Source: an uncultured Dehalococcoidales bacterium (lineage in GTDB: Bacteria; Chloroflexota; Dehalococcoidia; GIF9; UBA5629). From it: a stretch of 64,000 nucleotides of DNA. The stretch covers positions 12,548 through 76,547 of the forward strand of contig CAZJQG010000006.1 of the NCBI GenBank assembly GCA_964548415.1, read 5' to 3'. The translations under genes were made by a program, and so were the position numbers. Positions 10,303 to 20,229 of this stretch are shown in pieces (the first letter of the stretch is position 1; every line of letters begins with the position of its first letter). The notes beneath the pieces were generated by a model. That model searched no databases. It worked only from the letters and a program-made list of their open reading frames with translations, and had not been told where the DNA came from.

Positions 10303-10964
10303 GGGCCAATGAAGTCTTTATTGAGATCACCGCTGTTGGAGTAGCCTCTTTCTTCCCAATAACCACGATAGTTAACATCGTCAGAAAGCTCGATTTGAGT
10401 CACCCATTTTTCCCATTTGTATCCCCACTTACTTTCAGCCACCAACTCGAAAGGGAAACCTCTTTCCGGTGGCAGCGTGACGCCGTTCATCTTGTAGGCG
10501 ATTAGAATATTATTATTAATAATGTAATCGAGGGGCACAGAGGTGGTGTAGCCATCATAAGCATGGAATATAATTACCTTTGCCTCAGGTTCAACCTTGG
10601 CATCGGCCAGCAAGTCCTTAATCAACACTCCCTGCCATAAAATATTAACACTCCAGCCTTCTACGCAGTCCAACTGCACAACTTTCTCGTAGTTCTGGTA
10701 ATTGTTAATAACCCGGTCATAAGTATATTCCGCTGGATTTTCTACCAGCCCTGTAATTTGCAGCTTATAGTTGGCCACATCAATATGTTGGGGGCCTTTG
10801 ATTGAGTTTTCCCGAAAATCGTTGATCGACGACAACTTCTCTCCCTGGTACTCCTTGACTTCCACGGGTTGCAGGCGACTTGTACTCGGTGTACAGCCAA
10901 CAGTCATTCCCAGAGCTATTAAGGCCAGCGAAAGGACAATGTAACCTTTCATAACCGCGTTCAT
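10299..10964 (-). CDS. Molybdopterin-dependent oxidoreductase (sulfite-oxidase/YedY-MsrP-like catalytic domain), lipoprotein
   Basis: Signal peptide plus lipobox (LGMTVGC). QLDCVEGWSV and GFPFELVAESKWGYKWEKWV motifs are typical of the Oxidored_molyb family. Confidence 0.8.
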   Translation of the reverse strand: MNAVMKGYIVLSLALIALGMTVGCTPSTSRLQPVEVKEYQGEKLSSINDFRENSIKGPQHIDVANYKLQITGLVENPAEYTYDRVINNYQNYEKVVQLDCVEGWSVNILWQGVLIKDLLADAKVEPEAKVIIFHAYDGYTTSVPLDYIINNNILIAYKMNGVTLPPERGFPFELVAESKWGYKWEKWVTQIELSDDVNYRGYWEERGYSNSGDLNKDFIGP

Positions 10965-11003
10965 TAGGTATCCTTAACTTCCATTTAAAGTAGCGGGGGT
11001 AGC

Positions 11004-11708
11004 CTAAAGACCGATTTCCCCATAGCCACGTGTGCTGTGCTTTACTTGAATCTGGTCATCCGAACCATATGCCCAGATTATCTTGTTTGAGCCAGTTGCT
11101 AGCGGACGGTCGTATTTATCAGCGGTATCCAACGCCCGTTTGAATTCAATAATTGTATAACCAGCTATCTCTTTACCGCCGAACTCGAGGATATCGTCGG
11201 TGCCGCCAAGTTGTTCGTCCGAAGTATGAGGGCCGAAATTGCCCGTCGAGTATTGGTCGTAAACTACTACTTGATCATTGCTTATATCGCCCAGAATGAT
11301 GTCGGCGTTATTCATAGTCAGCCCCGGCTGCATGCCAACAGCCACCCAGCCGGTTGTTTTAACTTTCAGCCCGATGCAAATATATTGCTCTTCGCTCCTC
11401 CAATTTATTTCATAGTCGCCGTATGTGTTTGTATTCGGATATTCCCCGGAACTGATGACTCCGTCAGCAGCCCACGTGGCCGTTGGTTGCATGGTTGTAT
11501 CCGCAGGCGGTGGTTCCCGGGGTGTCTGGGGATTTGAAAGGGGCTCTGTGGAAGCCGATGGCGGCACCGGTGATGTCTCCGGGGAAGAACAGGCAGTACC
11601 CAACATAGCCGCTGGGATAAACAGGGCTCCAACGACAATAAGTAATCCAAACCATCGACTAAGACCTGCCAGACTATTTTTCATTTTATCTTCCTTCTCT
11701 AACGACAA
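11004..11708 (-). CDS. Secreted/lipid-anchored DOMON-like domain protein
   Basis: Signal peptide, Pro/Thr/Ser linker, then a beta-sandwich-like segment (YEINWRSEEQYICIGLKVKTTGWVAVGM...IIWAYGSDD) resembling DOMON/ethylbenzene-dehydrogenase-type heme-binding domains. Confidence 0.6.
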   Translation of the reverse strand: MSLEKEDKMKNSLAGLSRWFGLLIVVGALFIPAAMLGTACSSPETSPVPPSASTEPLSNPQTPREPPPADTTMQPTATWAADGVISSGEYPNTNTYGDYEINWRSEEQYICIGLKVKTTGWVAVGMQPGLTMNNADIILGDISNDQVVVYDQYSTGNFGPHTSDEQLGGTDDILEFGGKEIAGYTIIEFKRALDTADKYDRPLATGSNKIIWAYGSDDQIQVKHSTRGYGEIGL

Positions 11709-11722
11709 CTGGCATTTGTGGT

Positions 11723-12565
11723 CTACGATCTCTTTATTTCTTTGAGCAGGTCATCAAATACCTCAACATGATACAGCTCGTGCTCCCTGATCCGCTTAAA
11801 CAGCTTCTTTAGGTTGCGATCGTCGACTTCATTAGTGGCGCGGTCATACATCGCAGCCACTTCTTTCTCTATTTTAATGTCATCGAGAAGCATATCGCCC
11901 ATTTTCTCGGCCTTGTCGAGCCCGGTATGCTCCAGCCTGGGATTGCCTTTGCCACTGACCATTTCTTCGGCAAGCCAGCCCATGTGCTGCATCTCGTTAA
12001 TGGCCTGGTCCTCCATTTCCACTTTCATATGCTCATTCGTTGCCAGATACGAGTGAAGCAGATATTGCAAAATAACGGTGTATTCGTGTTCAATGCCCCA
12101 GTTGAGAATTTCGGCCACCCTATCCTTGCGGTCACCTCTCAGATCCTTAACGCCTACCCTCTCAGTTTTCTCTACAAAATGGGTGAAGTCGCCGTGATGT
12201 GACTCTTCGTCAGAGAGAATCCGCTTGAGCAATCTCTTAATAGTGGGGTCGTCGATAATTTTAATGTGCTCCCTATACATGGTTATGGCATCGTCTTCGA
12301 GAAGCACGTCATTCTGCATCCAGTTTGATACGGTTTTACCCCCAGTCCTCATTTTGCCTCTATTCATGTTCGGCTTGCCGCCTAATTCGATTATCGTCTC
12401 GGCCAGCCAATCGAGATGGCGCATTTCTTCCCGGGCAATAGCTTCTATTTCACAGGCTAATTCCCCCTCACCCATGGCATAAGCATGACCCAGATACTGG
12501 ATAATGGCGCCGTGTTCACCCTGCAGGTCTTCATTAAGCAAAGCAATAATTTCTTCCTTATTCAT
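11723..12565 (-). CDS. Tandem ferritin-like (bacterioferritin-like) domain protein
   Basis: 280 aa with two repeats of a diiron-type helix pattern (EHGAIIQY...EEMRHLDWL...DEESHHGDF; EHEYTVILQY...NEMQHMGWL...REHELYHVE). Confidence 0.75.
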   Translation of the reverse strand: MNKEEIIALLNEDLQGEHGAIIQYLGHAYAMGEGELACEIEAIAREEMRHLDWLAETIIELGGKPNMNRGKMRTGGKTVSNWMQNDVLLEDDAITMYREHIKIIDDPTIKRLLKRILSDEESHHGDFTHFVEKTERVGVKDLRGDRKDRVAEILNWGIEHEYTVILQYLLHSYLATNEHMKVEMEDQAINEMQHMGWLAEEMVSGKGNPRLEHTGLDKAEKMGDMLLDDIKIEKEVAAMYDRATNEVDDRNLKKLFKRIREHELYHVEVFDDLLKEIKRS

Positions 12566-12611
12566 TGTCGCTCCGTCAGTTTATTTTGCGCAGCCTGTTA
12601 AGGTGAGTGAC

Positions 12612-12767
12612 TTACTTTTCATTCTTACCAATATACTTTTCCGGGTCCTTGTCGAAAGCCTTCTTGCACCCCAAAGCACAGAAGTAATATTTCTTGCCTT
12701 TGTACTCTGAGGTAGCCGGAGCCTTCTTTTCATCCACCTGCATCTTGCATACCGGATCTATTGCCAT
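12612..12767 (-). CDS. YHS-domain (TRASH-type) metal-binding protein
   Basis: Not in ORF track (51 aa). My translation is MAIDPVCKMQVDEKKAPATSEYKGKKYYFCALGCKKAFDKDPEKYIGKNEK, preceded by GGAGG. The DPVCxM...YYFCSxxC pattern is the YHS signature. It sits directly upstream of copA. Confidence 0.8.
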   Translation of the reverse strand: MAIDPVCKMQVDEKKAPATSEYKGKKYYFCALGCKKAFDKDPEKYIGKNEK

Positions 12768-12784
12768 ATCTTTACCTCCTACGA

Positions 12785-15277
12785 TTATTTATCAAGACCA
12801 GCAGGCTTGAATCTTCTCAAGCGTAGCGAGTTAGATACCACCGTAATGGAACTGGCTGCCATAGCGGCCGCCGCCATGATGGGATTTAGAAAACCATAGT
12901 CACCGAATATGAACCGTAGCCCGACCGGAACGCCGGTCCGGGAAAAGACCAGATACAGTACGCCGGCGGCTATCGGTATCAGAGCCACGTTATAACCGAA
13001 CGCCCAGAACAGGTTTTGTCTGATTATATTTATGGTGCGCTTGCTGAGGGATATAGCGGTTACTATTCCCATTAAATCCCCGCGCATCAGCGTGACCTCC
13101 GCTGTTTCCATGGCTACATCCGTCCCGGTTCCGATGGCTATGCCGACATCCGCCTGGGCCAGGGCTGGGGCGTCATTGATACCGTCTCCTACCATGGCCA
13201 CCACGCGGCCATCCTGCAATTTCTTAACCTCCGCCGCTTTGTGCTCGGGTAGAACGTCGGCCAAAACACGCTGGATACCGACCTCGCGGGCAATTGCCTC
13301 GGCTGTACGACGATTGTCGCCGGTAATCATCACCGTCTCTATACCCATCTTTTGAATGGCCTGAATTGCCTCTTTAGATTCAGGTTTCAGAGTGTCTGCC
13401 AGGGCAATTATGCCTTCCACCTGGCGGGCAACGGAGACAAACATGACCGTCTTGCCCTCCTGGAAAAGCTCTTCGGCTTTGTCACCTAGCCCGTTTAAAG
13501 AAATACGCCTGTCTTTCATTAATTTGAGATTACCCAGCATTACCTTCTTGCCACTCACCGAAGCCTCGATACCTAACCCGGGCAAAGCATTAAAGTCCGA
13601 GGCGCGCGATGTTTTCAAATTTCTTTCGGAAGCAGCCTTAACTATTGCCTGAGCGAGGGGATGCTCTGAGATTTTTTCAGCCGAAGCCGCTAGGCGCAGC
13701 ACGTCGTTCTCAGAAGACGAGGTAGCTGCCAGCACGTCGGTCACCGTCGGCTCACCCCGTGTCAGCGTGCCGGTTTTATCGAGTAGTATAGTATTAATCT
13801 GGTGCAGCCTTTCCAGAGATTCTCCGCTTCTAAAAAGTACGCCGTTATCGGCACCTTTACCGGTACCCACCATTATGGCGGTCGGTGTAGCCAGACCCAA
13901 AGCGCAGGGGCAGGCAATAATAAGCACCGCCACAAAGTTAAGAATGGCTAAAGTCAAGGCCGGCTGCGGACCGACAAAAAACCAAATAATGAAAGTAACC
14001 AGTGCAATTCCAATTACGGCCGGCACAAAATAGCTGGCTATAACATCGGCCAGGCGCTGAATGGGAGCTTTGCTGCCCTGGGCTTCATCTACCAGCCGGA
14101 TAATTCTGGCCAGAGTCGTATCTTTGCCTACCCTGGTTGCCTCAAACTGGAAGCTGCCAGTCTTATTTATGGTGGCGCCTATGACTTCATCGCCAACTTT
14201 CTTGTCGACCGGTAAGCTCTCGCCGGTTATCATCGACTCATCAATGCTGGAATAACCCTGCCTCACCACTCCGTCCACCGGTATCCTTTCGCCGGGGCGG
14301 ACAATAACGATATCTCCCACATTAACTTCCTCCACCGGAACTTCCGTTTCCTTGCCGTCACGTATGATAACCGCGGTCTTAGGATTAAGGCCTATGAGTC
14401 TTTTTATCGCCTCTGAGGTCTGGCTCCTGGCACGACTTTCCAGGTACCGACCAAATAATATCAAGGCAATAATCAGCGCTGACGTATCGAAGTACAGGTT
14501 TGGTGATAGACCAGCGCTGGTAAACAGGCGTGGAAAAAGAACGGCTACAACACTATAAAAGTAGGCTGCTGAACTGCCGACGGCGATAAGCGTGTTCATA
14601 TCAGCGGTTCGGTGCCTCAGAGCGCCCCACATTCCTCTATAAAATCTCCAACCTGCCCAGAACTGCACCGGCGTGGCCAATGCCCACAGCAAGTAAGGCG
14701 TATAAGGCTGCATCATCACCACTGGTATAAGGCCAAGCATCATAATTACGGCGCCGAGAATAATGGCAACAATGAACCGGTTTCTGACTACTCTCATCTC
14801 TCTCTGGGAAGCCGTGCTCACATCCTCCAGAGTCGCCGCTTCCGGGCCCAGGTCATAGCCGGCGTCTTCGGCGGCCTTCTGTAAATCGGCCACGCGCATG
14901 TCATCGGTATATTCCACCGTTGCCTTTTCCGAAGCCAGATTGACGTTGACTGAGACTACACCGGGCACAGCGGACAAAGCATCCTCCACCCTGCCCACGC
15001 AAGAAGCACACGTCATTCCGCTGACCGGGAATATTGATTTCTTAGTAGCTACACCGTAGCCCAGCTCCTGAATAGTATGTTTGATTTCAGCCAGATTCAC
15101 CTTGCGCGGGTCGTAATCCATCGAAACTTGTTCGGCAGCAAAGTTGACGTCCGCTCTTTTGACTCCGTGTGTTTCGCGAAGTCCTTTGCCGATGGTGCGG
15201 GCGCAGGTAGTACAGGTCATGCCGGTCACGTTGAGCCGGGCTTTTTCTAACTTATTATTTGCAGTTTTTGTCGTCAT
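12785..15277 (-). CDS. copA: Copper-translocating P1B-type ATPase
   Basis: Two N-terminal HMA domains ([16 protein letters not shown]), TM CPC motif ([13 protein letters not shown]), DKTGTLT, and GDGINDAP. Confidence 0.95.
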   Translation of the reverse strand: MTTKTANNKLEKARLNVTGMTCTTCARTIGKGLRETHGVKRADVNFAAEQVSMDYDPRKVNLAEIKHTIQELGYGVATKKSIFPVSGMTCASCVGRVEDALSAVPGVVSVNVNLASEKATVEYTDDMRVADLQKAAEDAGYDLGPEAATLEDVSTASQREMRVVRNRFIVAIILGAVIMMLGLIPVVMMQPYTPYLLWALATPVQFWAGWRFYRGMWGALRHRTADMNTLIAVGSSAAYFYSVVAVLFPRLFTSAGLSPNLYFDTSALIIALILFGRYLESRARSQTSEAIKRLIGLNPKTAVIIRDGKETEVPVEEVNVGDIVIVRPGERIPVDGVVRQGYSSIDESMITGESLPVDKKVGDEVIGATINKTGSFQFEATRVGKDTTLARIIRLVDEAQGSKAPIQRLADVIASYFVPAVIGIALVTFIIWFFVGPQPALTLAILNFVAVLIIACPCALGLATPTAIMVGTGKGADNGVLFRSGESLERLHQINTILLDKTGTLTRGEPTVTDVLAATSSSENDVLRLAASAEKISEHPLAQAIVKAASERNLKTSRASDFNALPGLGIEASVSGKKVMLGNLKLMKDRRISLNGLGDKAEELFQEGKTVMFVSVARQVEGIIALADTLKPESKEAIQAIQKMGIETVMITGDNRRTAEAIAREVGIQRVLADVLPEHKAAEVKKLQDGRVVAMVGDGINDAPALAQADVGIAIGTGTDVAMETAEVTLMRGDLMGIVTAISLSKRTINIIRQNLFWAFGYNVALIPIAAGVLYLVFSRTGVPVGLRFIFGDYGFLNPIMAAAAMAASSITVVSNSLRLRRFKPAGLDK

Positions 15278-15292
15278 CTTCTCATAGTCCTA

Positions 15293-15628
15293 CTAACATG
15301 GTTTCATCATGGTAAGCATCATCTTGAACCTCTTGGTTGCCTTTAATGCATGGGGCTGATTAGCCGGCAGAACAACCATCTCGCCTCGCTTTAAAAGTAG
15401 AGGCATTCCCGAAATGGTTACCTCGACTTCTCCTTCAAGGAGATATACCATAGCATCGAACGGAGCGGTGTGCTCGCTCAAGCCCTGCCCTTCATCAAAT
15501 GCAAAAAGGGTTACGGTACCGGATTTTTCACTCATGATCTCCCGGCTAACTACCGCTCCGTCCTGATAGCCAACCAAATCGGCTAGCTTCTTTATTTGTT
15601 CGTTTAATCCTGAATTGCTAGGCTTCAT
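15293..15628 (-). CDS. Cupin domain protein
   Basis: 111 aa with a small beta-barrel pattern (GQGLSEHTAPFDAMVYLLEGEVEVTISG...LPANQPHAL). Confidence 0.7.
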   Translation of the reverse strand: MKPSNSGLNEQIKKLADLVGYQDGAVVSREIMSEKSGTVTLFAFDEGQGLSEHTAPFDAMVYLLEGEVEVTISGMPLLLKRGEMVVLPANQPHALKATKRFKMMLTMMKPC

Positions 15629-15662
15629 CGTCGTCCCTACAAACCGATCTTTCGAAGTAAGT

Positions 15663-15968
15663 CTATTTAACTTCGACGCTGATATCTATGCGCTCCACTC
15701 CATCCACGTCCTTCAACGAAGATATTATCCCTTTGAGTGTATTGTAAATAAGATCGTTGGGAAAAGGGGTTATGGGGATTTCAGTGTTATTAACCTTGAT
15801 TTCAATATTGCCCTTTTCCCCGTGTATTTCAAAATTTTGTATGTTGTCTCCGCCTTTAAGGGAGGCCACGGCCGCTGCCGTAGTTCGGGCTACGAATTCT
15901 TCAACAAACCGATTCATCGCCATCGGTTTATCGTTCACTTTTAGCCATGCTCTGTAATTATTTTCCAC
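15663..15968 (-). CDS. Hypothetical protein (101 aa)
   Basis: ORF with good operon spacing between fprA and the cupin gene. No motif recognised. Confidence 0.45.
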   Translation of the reverse strand: MENNYRAWLKVNDKPMAMNRFVEEFVARTTAAAVASLKGGDNIQNFEIHGEKGNIEIKVNNTEIPITPFPNDLIYNTLKGIISSLKDVDGVERIDISVEVK

Positions 15969-15987
15969 TTAACACCTCCCCTGCATT

Positions 15988-17172
15988 TTATTTGAAGCCC
16001 TGCTCCTTATGTTTCTGAGCAATTGTCTCTGCAAGATTGTCTAAAGCCATAAAATCAGCTTCTCTGGGATATCCTTTGACAATTACGGTTGGCAGCAATT
16101 CAACCTTTAGATTAGGTATCATAGCTACCAGTTGCTCCACTGTCTTACCTCCCCAGCCATAAGAACCGATAATCGACGCAAATTTCACGTTTGCTCTAAC
16201 CACGTTGGCCAGAGATGCCGCATAAGCCGCCTCCGGGTGTGGTCCGGCATGTACTGTAGGGGTTCCAATGACAATTGTCGCGGCATCTACCAGCGACATA
16301 GCCAGCTTACCCAGGTCTGTCACGGTGAGGTCGAACTGCTTCACCGTCACCCCCCGCTGGGTCAAAGCCTCGACTAAATAGGCCGCCATACTTCTGGTAC
16401 TTCCGTGCATGGAAACGTATGGCAGGACTACGATGTTCTTAGGTTCGCAGAACGCCCAATCGCGATGGGCTTTTATGATAAACTCGGGTTTATCGTACAC
16501 GGGTCCGTGGCTTGGGCAGATAAAGTCTATGGCATAATCGTTAATCTTTTCCAGATTTTTCTGTACGTTTGAGCGGAACGGCATCATGATTTCCGAATAA
16601 TATCTTTTGGCGGCTTCATATACCTGGCCTTCATCGGTTACATAAAGATTCGATGTGGCCAGATGGGAACCGAAGAAATCACAGGAGAAAAGCATTTTGT
16701 CTTCTTTCAGATATGTTAACATCGTTTCCGGCCAGTGAACCCAGGGAGCATGGATAAACTCGAGCGTCCGGTCTCCCAGCGTTACAGTTTCCTTATCCTC
16801 GACGGTAATAAATCTATCTTCCGGGATCAGGAGCAGGTCAATGAGCATTCCCTTACATCGTGGGGTACACACCAGCCTTGCCTCGGGATATTTCGCCAGC
16901 ACCCGCGGGATAGTCCCTGAATGGTCCTGCTCCGCGTGATTAGCTATAAGGTAATCAATCCGCTTTATTTTAAGCTCATCCAGATGGTCAAACAGGACAT
17001 GCTCCATGGTCGGATCCACCGTATCTATAAGAGCCGTTTTATCACCGCCCTTAATCAGATACGAGTTGTAACTAGTCCCATCTGGAAGCGGTATCAGCGA
17101 ATCGAAAAGGCGCCGGTCCCAGTCGACCGCTCCTACATGATAGACGCCGCGCTTAATTTCTCTCGGTTTCAT
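15988..17172 (-). CDS. fprA: Flavodiiron protein (A-type flavoprotein, O2/NO reductase)
   Basis: 394 aa. Metallo-beta-lactamase-like diiron domain (HAEQDHSG) followed by a flavodoxin-like domain (VVLPYVSMHGSTR). Confidence 0.9.
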   Translation of the reverse strand: MKPREIKRGVYHVGAVDWDRRLFDSLIPLPDGTSYNSYLIKGGDKTALIDTVDPTMEHVLFDHLDELKIKRIDYLIANHAEQDHSGTIPRVLAKYPEARLVCTPRCKGMLIDLLLIPEDRFITVEDKETVTLGDRTLEFIHAPWVHWPETMLTYLKEDKMLFSCDFFGSHLATSNLYVTDEGQVYEAAKRYYSEIMMPFRSNVQKNLEKINDYAIDFICPSHGPVYDKPEFIIKAHRDWAFCEPKNIVVLPYVSMHGSTRSMAAYLVEALTQRGVTVKQFDLTVTDLGKLAMSLVDAATIVIGTPTVHAGPHPEAAYAASLANVVRANVKFASIIGSYGWGGKTVEQLVAMIPNLKVELLPTVIVKGYPREADFMALDNLAETIAQKHKEQGFK

Positions 17173-17182
17173 TGTACCCCCG

Positions 17183-18394
17183 TTAGTATTGGAGAAGTCT
17201 TCGCTCTCCCTTTATCTTTTTAATCGGGGTAATATCCTGGGTCACTTCCAGACATCCCACATAACTGCCACCCCGACGGACTGCAAAATAGCGGATATGG
17301 ACCAATTTACCCTGCAGATTAATCCAGAACTGTGCCGAGTCTTCTTTGCCGCTTTTAAAATCTTCAAGTATCCGATTTACGATATTGACGCTTTTTTGAG
17401 GATGGCACTGCTGTACCTTGAGCCCGATAATGGCTTTTGCCCTGGGGAAAATTCTGTCTTTGGACTGGCTGAAATAACGCACCGTATCGTCCTTATCCAC
17501 AAAGGTCACGTCGACCGGCAAAGTATTGAATATTCCTTCAATCTGCTCTGGCAGCAGGTTACCGGTTTCAAAAGAGACCATGCCTTTCACCTCTGATTTA
17601 ACGCCTGCCTTTTCGATTTTTCCAAAGGCCACCGTGACCGGTTCGGGCGTAAAGCAGCAATAGCCTAGCTCATCGAACTGGCGCCTGATATCAATCCATT
17701 CGTCGTTGCCTATGACCTCGAGCGCCGCCGGGAACAGTATATTGTTCTCCTTGTAGAAATGATTCGATAACATTTCAGCCAACGCCAGAGCTACCTCGTT
17801 GAGATGTTTCACGAAATCTTTAAAATCGTGGCTTTCACAGCTATCAACGATGCGGTAAACGCTCTTCTCGGTATCCCTTATTCGGTCATGCTCCATCCAC
17901 ATAACCGCCGGGGGTTCTTTAATACCGTGTTTTTCTAAAGAGGGGAAGAGGACGTTTTCTTCTCTGATATAATGGCTGTCCGAATCCCTCAAATGCTTTA
18001 CTATGTGCTCCAGCTGGTCCATTTTTTCTCTCGCCGAAGCAAAATTTGCGGCTGCCTTCATTTCCATCGCCAGCTTTTTCAGGTCGTCGGCAAACTGCAG
18101 CAGAATTTTATGCTCTTCCATGAGAATTCGAACGGGGTGCCCGGCGGGCGCTATCGGCCCCTCCCGGTCAAACGATTCTTTAAGAAGGGCCAGGTGAACA
18201 TCGCAAAATTTCTGCAGCTCTTCTATAGCCAGGCCTTCCCTTACCAGTTCGTCCTCAACCTGCGCCATCTCGGCAGGTGGTACATAGCCGATTTGTTCCC
18301 GGCACTCACCTTTAATTTGCTCGGGGTCGGCACCATCATGCAGCCGCTTGATTAAGCTCTTTAATAACAGCTTCCTATCCTGTGCCTTAGTCAC
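17183..18394 (-). CDS. DUF438/hemerythrin-HHE/PAS-type domain protein
   Basis: 403 aa. N-terminal DUF438-like helix bundle, a central hemerythrin-like cation-binding region (HHxxEE-type helices) and a C-terminal PAS-like domain. Confidence 0.7.
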   Translation of the reverse strand: MTKAQDRKLLLKSLIKRLHDGADPEQIKGECREQIGYVPPAEMAQVEDELVREGLAIEELQKFCDVHLALLKESFDREGPIAPAGHPVRILMEEHKILLQFADDLKKLAMEMKAAANFASAREKMDQLEHIVKHLRDSDSHYIREENVLFPSLEKHGIKEPPAVMWMEHDRIRDTEKSVYRIVDSCESHDFKDFVKHLNEVALALAEMLSNHFYKENNILFPAALEVIGNDEWIDIRRQFDELGYCCFTPEPVTVAFGKIEKAGVKSEVKGMVSFETGNLLPEQIEGIFNTLPVDVTFVDKDDTVRYFSQSKDRIFPRAKAIIGLKVQQCHPQKSVNIVNRILEDFKSGKEDSAQFWINLQGKLVHIRYFAVRRGGSYVGCLEVTQDITPIKKIKGERRLLQY

Positions 18395-18433
18395 TGTTAC
18401 AACCTTTCACTTACCTTTTTATTCTGCTGTCGG

Positions 18434-18595
18434 TTAATCTATTTTGTCGAACTTATCCTTGGTAGCACCACAGACCGGACACACCCAATCATCCGGTAAC
18501 TTCTCCCAGGGCGTGCCTGCTGGCACGTGACCGTCCGGGTCACCGAGAGCCGGGTCATAAATATAGCCGCAAATCTGACACTGGTATTTTGACAT
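18434..18595 (-). CDS. rub: Rubredoxin
   Basis: Not in ORF track (53 aa). My translation is [53 protein letters not shown], with two CxxCG knuckles and the canonical rubredoxin sequence. The track ORF 18439..18678 is an out-of-frame shadow. Confidence 0.92.
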   Translation of the reverse strand: MSKYQCQICGYIYDPALGDPDGHVPAGTPWEKLPDDWVCPVCGATKDKFDKID

Positions 18596-18610
18596 GATCG
18601 CCTCCTGTAT

Positions 18611-19132
18611 TTATTGTTGGACGTAAGTCGGAGCAGCCTTGGGCGTGGTGCCGCGCCTGACCTTATGGTAGTAATCATATGTCATTGGCTCTCCCTCTTT
18701 GATTATATCCGCTGCCACAATTTCCCCCACAAAGATGGTGTGTGTATGAACGTCTACCTGGTTGATCACCTTAGCCTCGATATACGCCACGGCATTGTCG
18801 ATAACTATAGGTGCGCCCACCTCTCCGATCTTATAATTGACGCCCTCAAATTTATCTACGTCCCTTCCTGATTTAAAGCCGAAATTACCAATGAATCTAA
18901 GAGGCGTCTCTTTGTCCAGGATAGAAACTGTGAAAACTTTACTGGCTGAGACGAATTCATTAGTTAAATTTTGTTTATTTAGCGCGCAAGCCACAACAGG
19001 CGGTTCCGAGCATACCTGAAATACAGTGTTCGAGAGCTGACCATTAAATTTGCCATCCTTTTTGGAACATAACACGTACATACCGTAAGTCATACTGTGA
19101 AGCGCTTGCAGATTCATTACAACTCCTTCCAT
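18611..19132 (-). CDS. Flavin reductase family protein
   Basis: 173 aa with a flavin reductase-like FMN-binding split barrel (YGMYVLCSK...NGQLSNTVFQVCSEPP...HTIFVGEIV). Confidence 0.85.
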   Translation of the reverse strand: MEGVVMNLQALHSMTYGMYVLCSKKDGKFNGQLSNTVFQVCSEPPVVACALNKQNLTNEFVSASKVFTVSILDKETPLRFIGNFGFKSGRDVDKFEGVNYKIGEVGAPIVIDNAVAYIEAKVINQVDVHTHTIFVGEIVAADIIKEGEPMTYDYYHKVRRGTTPKAAPTYVQQ

Positions 19133-19188
19133 AAATGCTTTTGAAATACTGCCCCCATCAGGCCCAAATACAATATCGGATTTATCGA

Positions 19189-19725
19189 TTAACCACCGTC
19201 GAGTGAATGATGTTCCGCCTTGCGAAAATAACCGGCCGGGTCAATCAGATATTCACGGTAGTCCACCAGAGCCAGATAGTGGCCCTGCTCTTCGGCAGCC
19301 AGCGCCGAATACAGTTTCTTCCCGGCGTCAAAGCCGACCTTTTGACTCTGGCTCAGGTAGAATTCACGCGTTTTGTTCTCCATCTCCATGGCCCCGGCTA
19401 TGCTATCGAGCTCCGTATCGATAGACTTGACCGTTGACGCCGCTGTTTTCATGGCGTCAGAAAACACCGTTTCCAGAATGTGGCCTTTTCCGGGTTGTAC
19501 CCCCATCTCCGGCCAAGCTTTCTGTTTTCTTATGGAGTTAAATATGCCGGCGAATATACGGCGGTGCTTGTCTTCTTCGCCTGCCAGCCAAAGAAAAAGC
19601 TCTTTGCCCAATTTATTATCGCTGCGCTGGCTGGCCTGTCGGTAATATTTTTTACCGTCGATCTCCATCTGAATTGCCAGTCGAATGGCTTCCACAGTCT
19701 CTTTTTGTTCTTGCCCTACAATCAT
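19189..19725 (-). CDS. Ferritin-like/rubrerythrin-family diiron protein (no rubredoxin domain)
   Basis: 178 aa with paired helices carrying E...ExxH-type ligands (MEIDGKKYY...GEEDKHRRIF; MEMENKTREFY...AEEQGHYLAL). Confidence 0.7.
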   Translation of the reverse strand: MIVGQEQKETVEAIRLAIQMEIDGKKYYRQASQRSDNKLGKELFLWLAGEEDKHRRIFAGIFNSIRKQKAWPEMGVQPGKGHILETVFSDAMKTAASTVKSIDTELDSIAGAMEMENKTREFYLSQSQKVGFDAGKKLYSALAAEEQGHYLALVDYREYLIDPAGYFRKAEHHSLDGG

Positions 19726-19737
19726 TTAAACTATCCC

Positions 19738-19968
19738 CTATTTCGCCTTCCTGACATAGGCATGATAGACGCTACCTTCCTCCTCGATTCCAAGACACTC
19801 GTTACCGGTGCTCTTGCACCAGTTGGGTATGTCGTCTTTTATACCTCTGTCATCAGCCAGGATTTCCAGCACCTGACCCGGCTTCATCTGCTTCATTTTT
19901 TGGGCGGTCTTGGCTATCGGCATCGGACAATAAAGCCCCATACAATCCAGAGTTTCGTCTGCTTTCAT
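19738..19968 (-). CDS. tusA: TusA/SirA-family sulfurtransferase
   Basis: 76 aa with the GLYCPMP active-site motif of the TusA family. Confidence 0.85.
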   Translation of the reverse strand: MKADETLDCMGLYCPMPIAKTAQKMKQMKPGQVLEILADDRGIKDDIPNWCKSTGNECLGIEEEGSVYHAYVRKAK

Positions 19969-19995
19969 AGCTAGTTTCTCCTGACCTGTTAATCG

Positions 19996-20229
19996 TTAGG
20001 TATTTTTACGCCCTTTCTTCAACGGTGCACCGCATTGAGGGCAGACGGTGGCGCCGACATCCGGTACCATTAAATTGCAACTGACACAGTAACTGATCAT
20101 CGATCCGCAGGCATGACAGAAAGGACAACTGGCACTAACCAGTTCCTCTTCACAATAAGGACATAGACACTTGTGCTGTTTCTTAGCCTTTCCAGCTTTA
20201 TTAGCAGACTTCACACTCTTCTCCTTCAT
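19996..20229 (-). CDS. Lys-rich zinc-ribbon protein (77 aa)
   Basis: Trimmed from track ORF 19996..20427 to the internal ATG (MKEKSVKS...). Three CxxC pairs (CPYC, CPFCHAC, CVSC, CPQC). The longer ORF overlaps nifU out of frame. Confidence 0.45.
   Translation of the reverse strand: MKEKSVKSANKAGKAKKQHKCLCPYCEEELVSASCPFCHACGSMISYCVSCNLMVPDVGATVCPQCGAPLKKGRKNT

Noticed and set aside
18439-18678. 79-aa minus-strand ORF from the track.
   Set aside because: It has an Arg/Ser/Thr-rich composition typical of an out-of-frame shadow. It overlaps the flavin reductase gene's 3' end. A textbook rubredoxin occupies another frame of the same strand (18434-18595).
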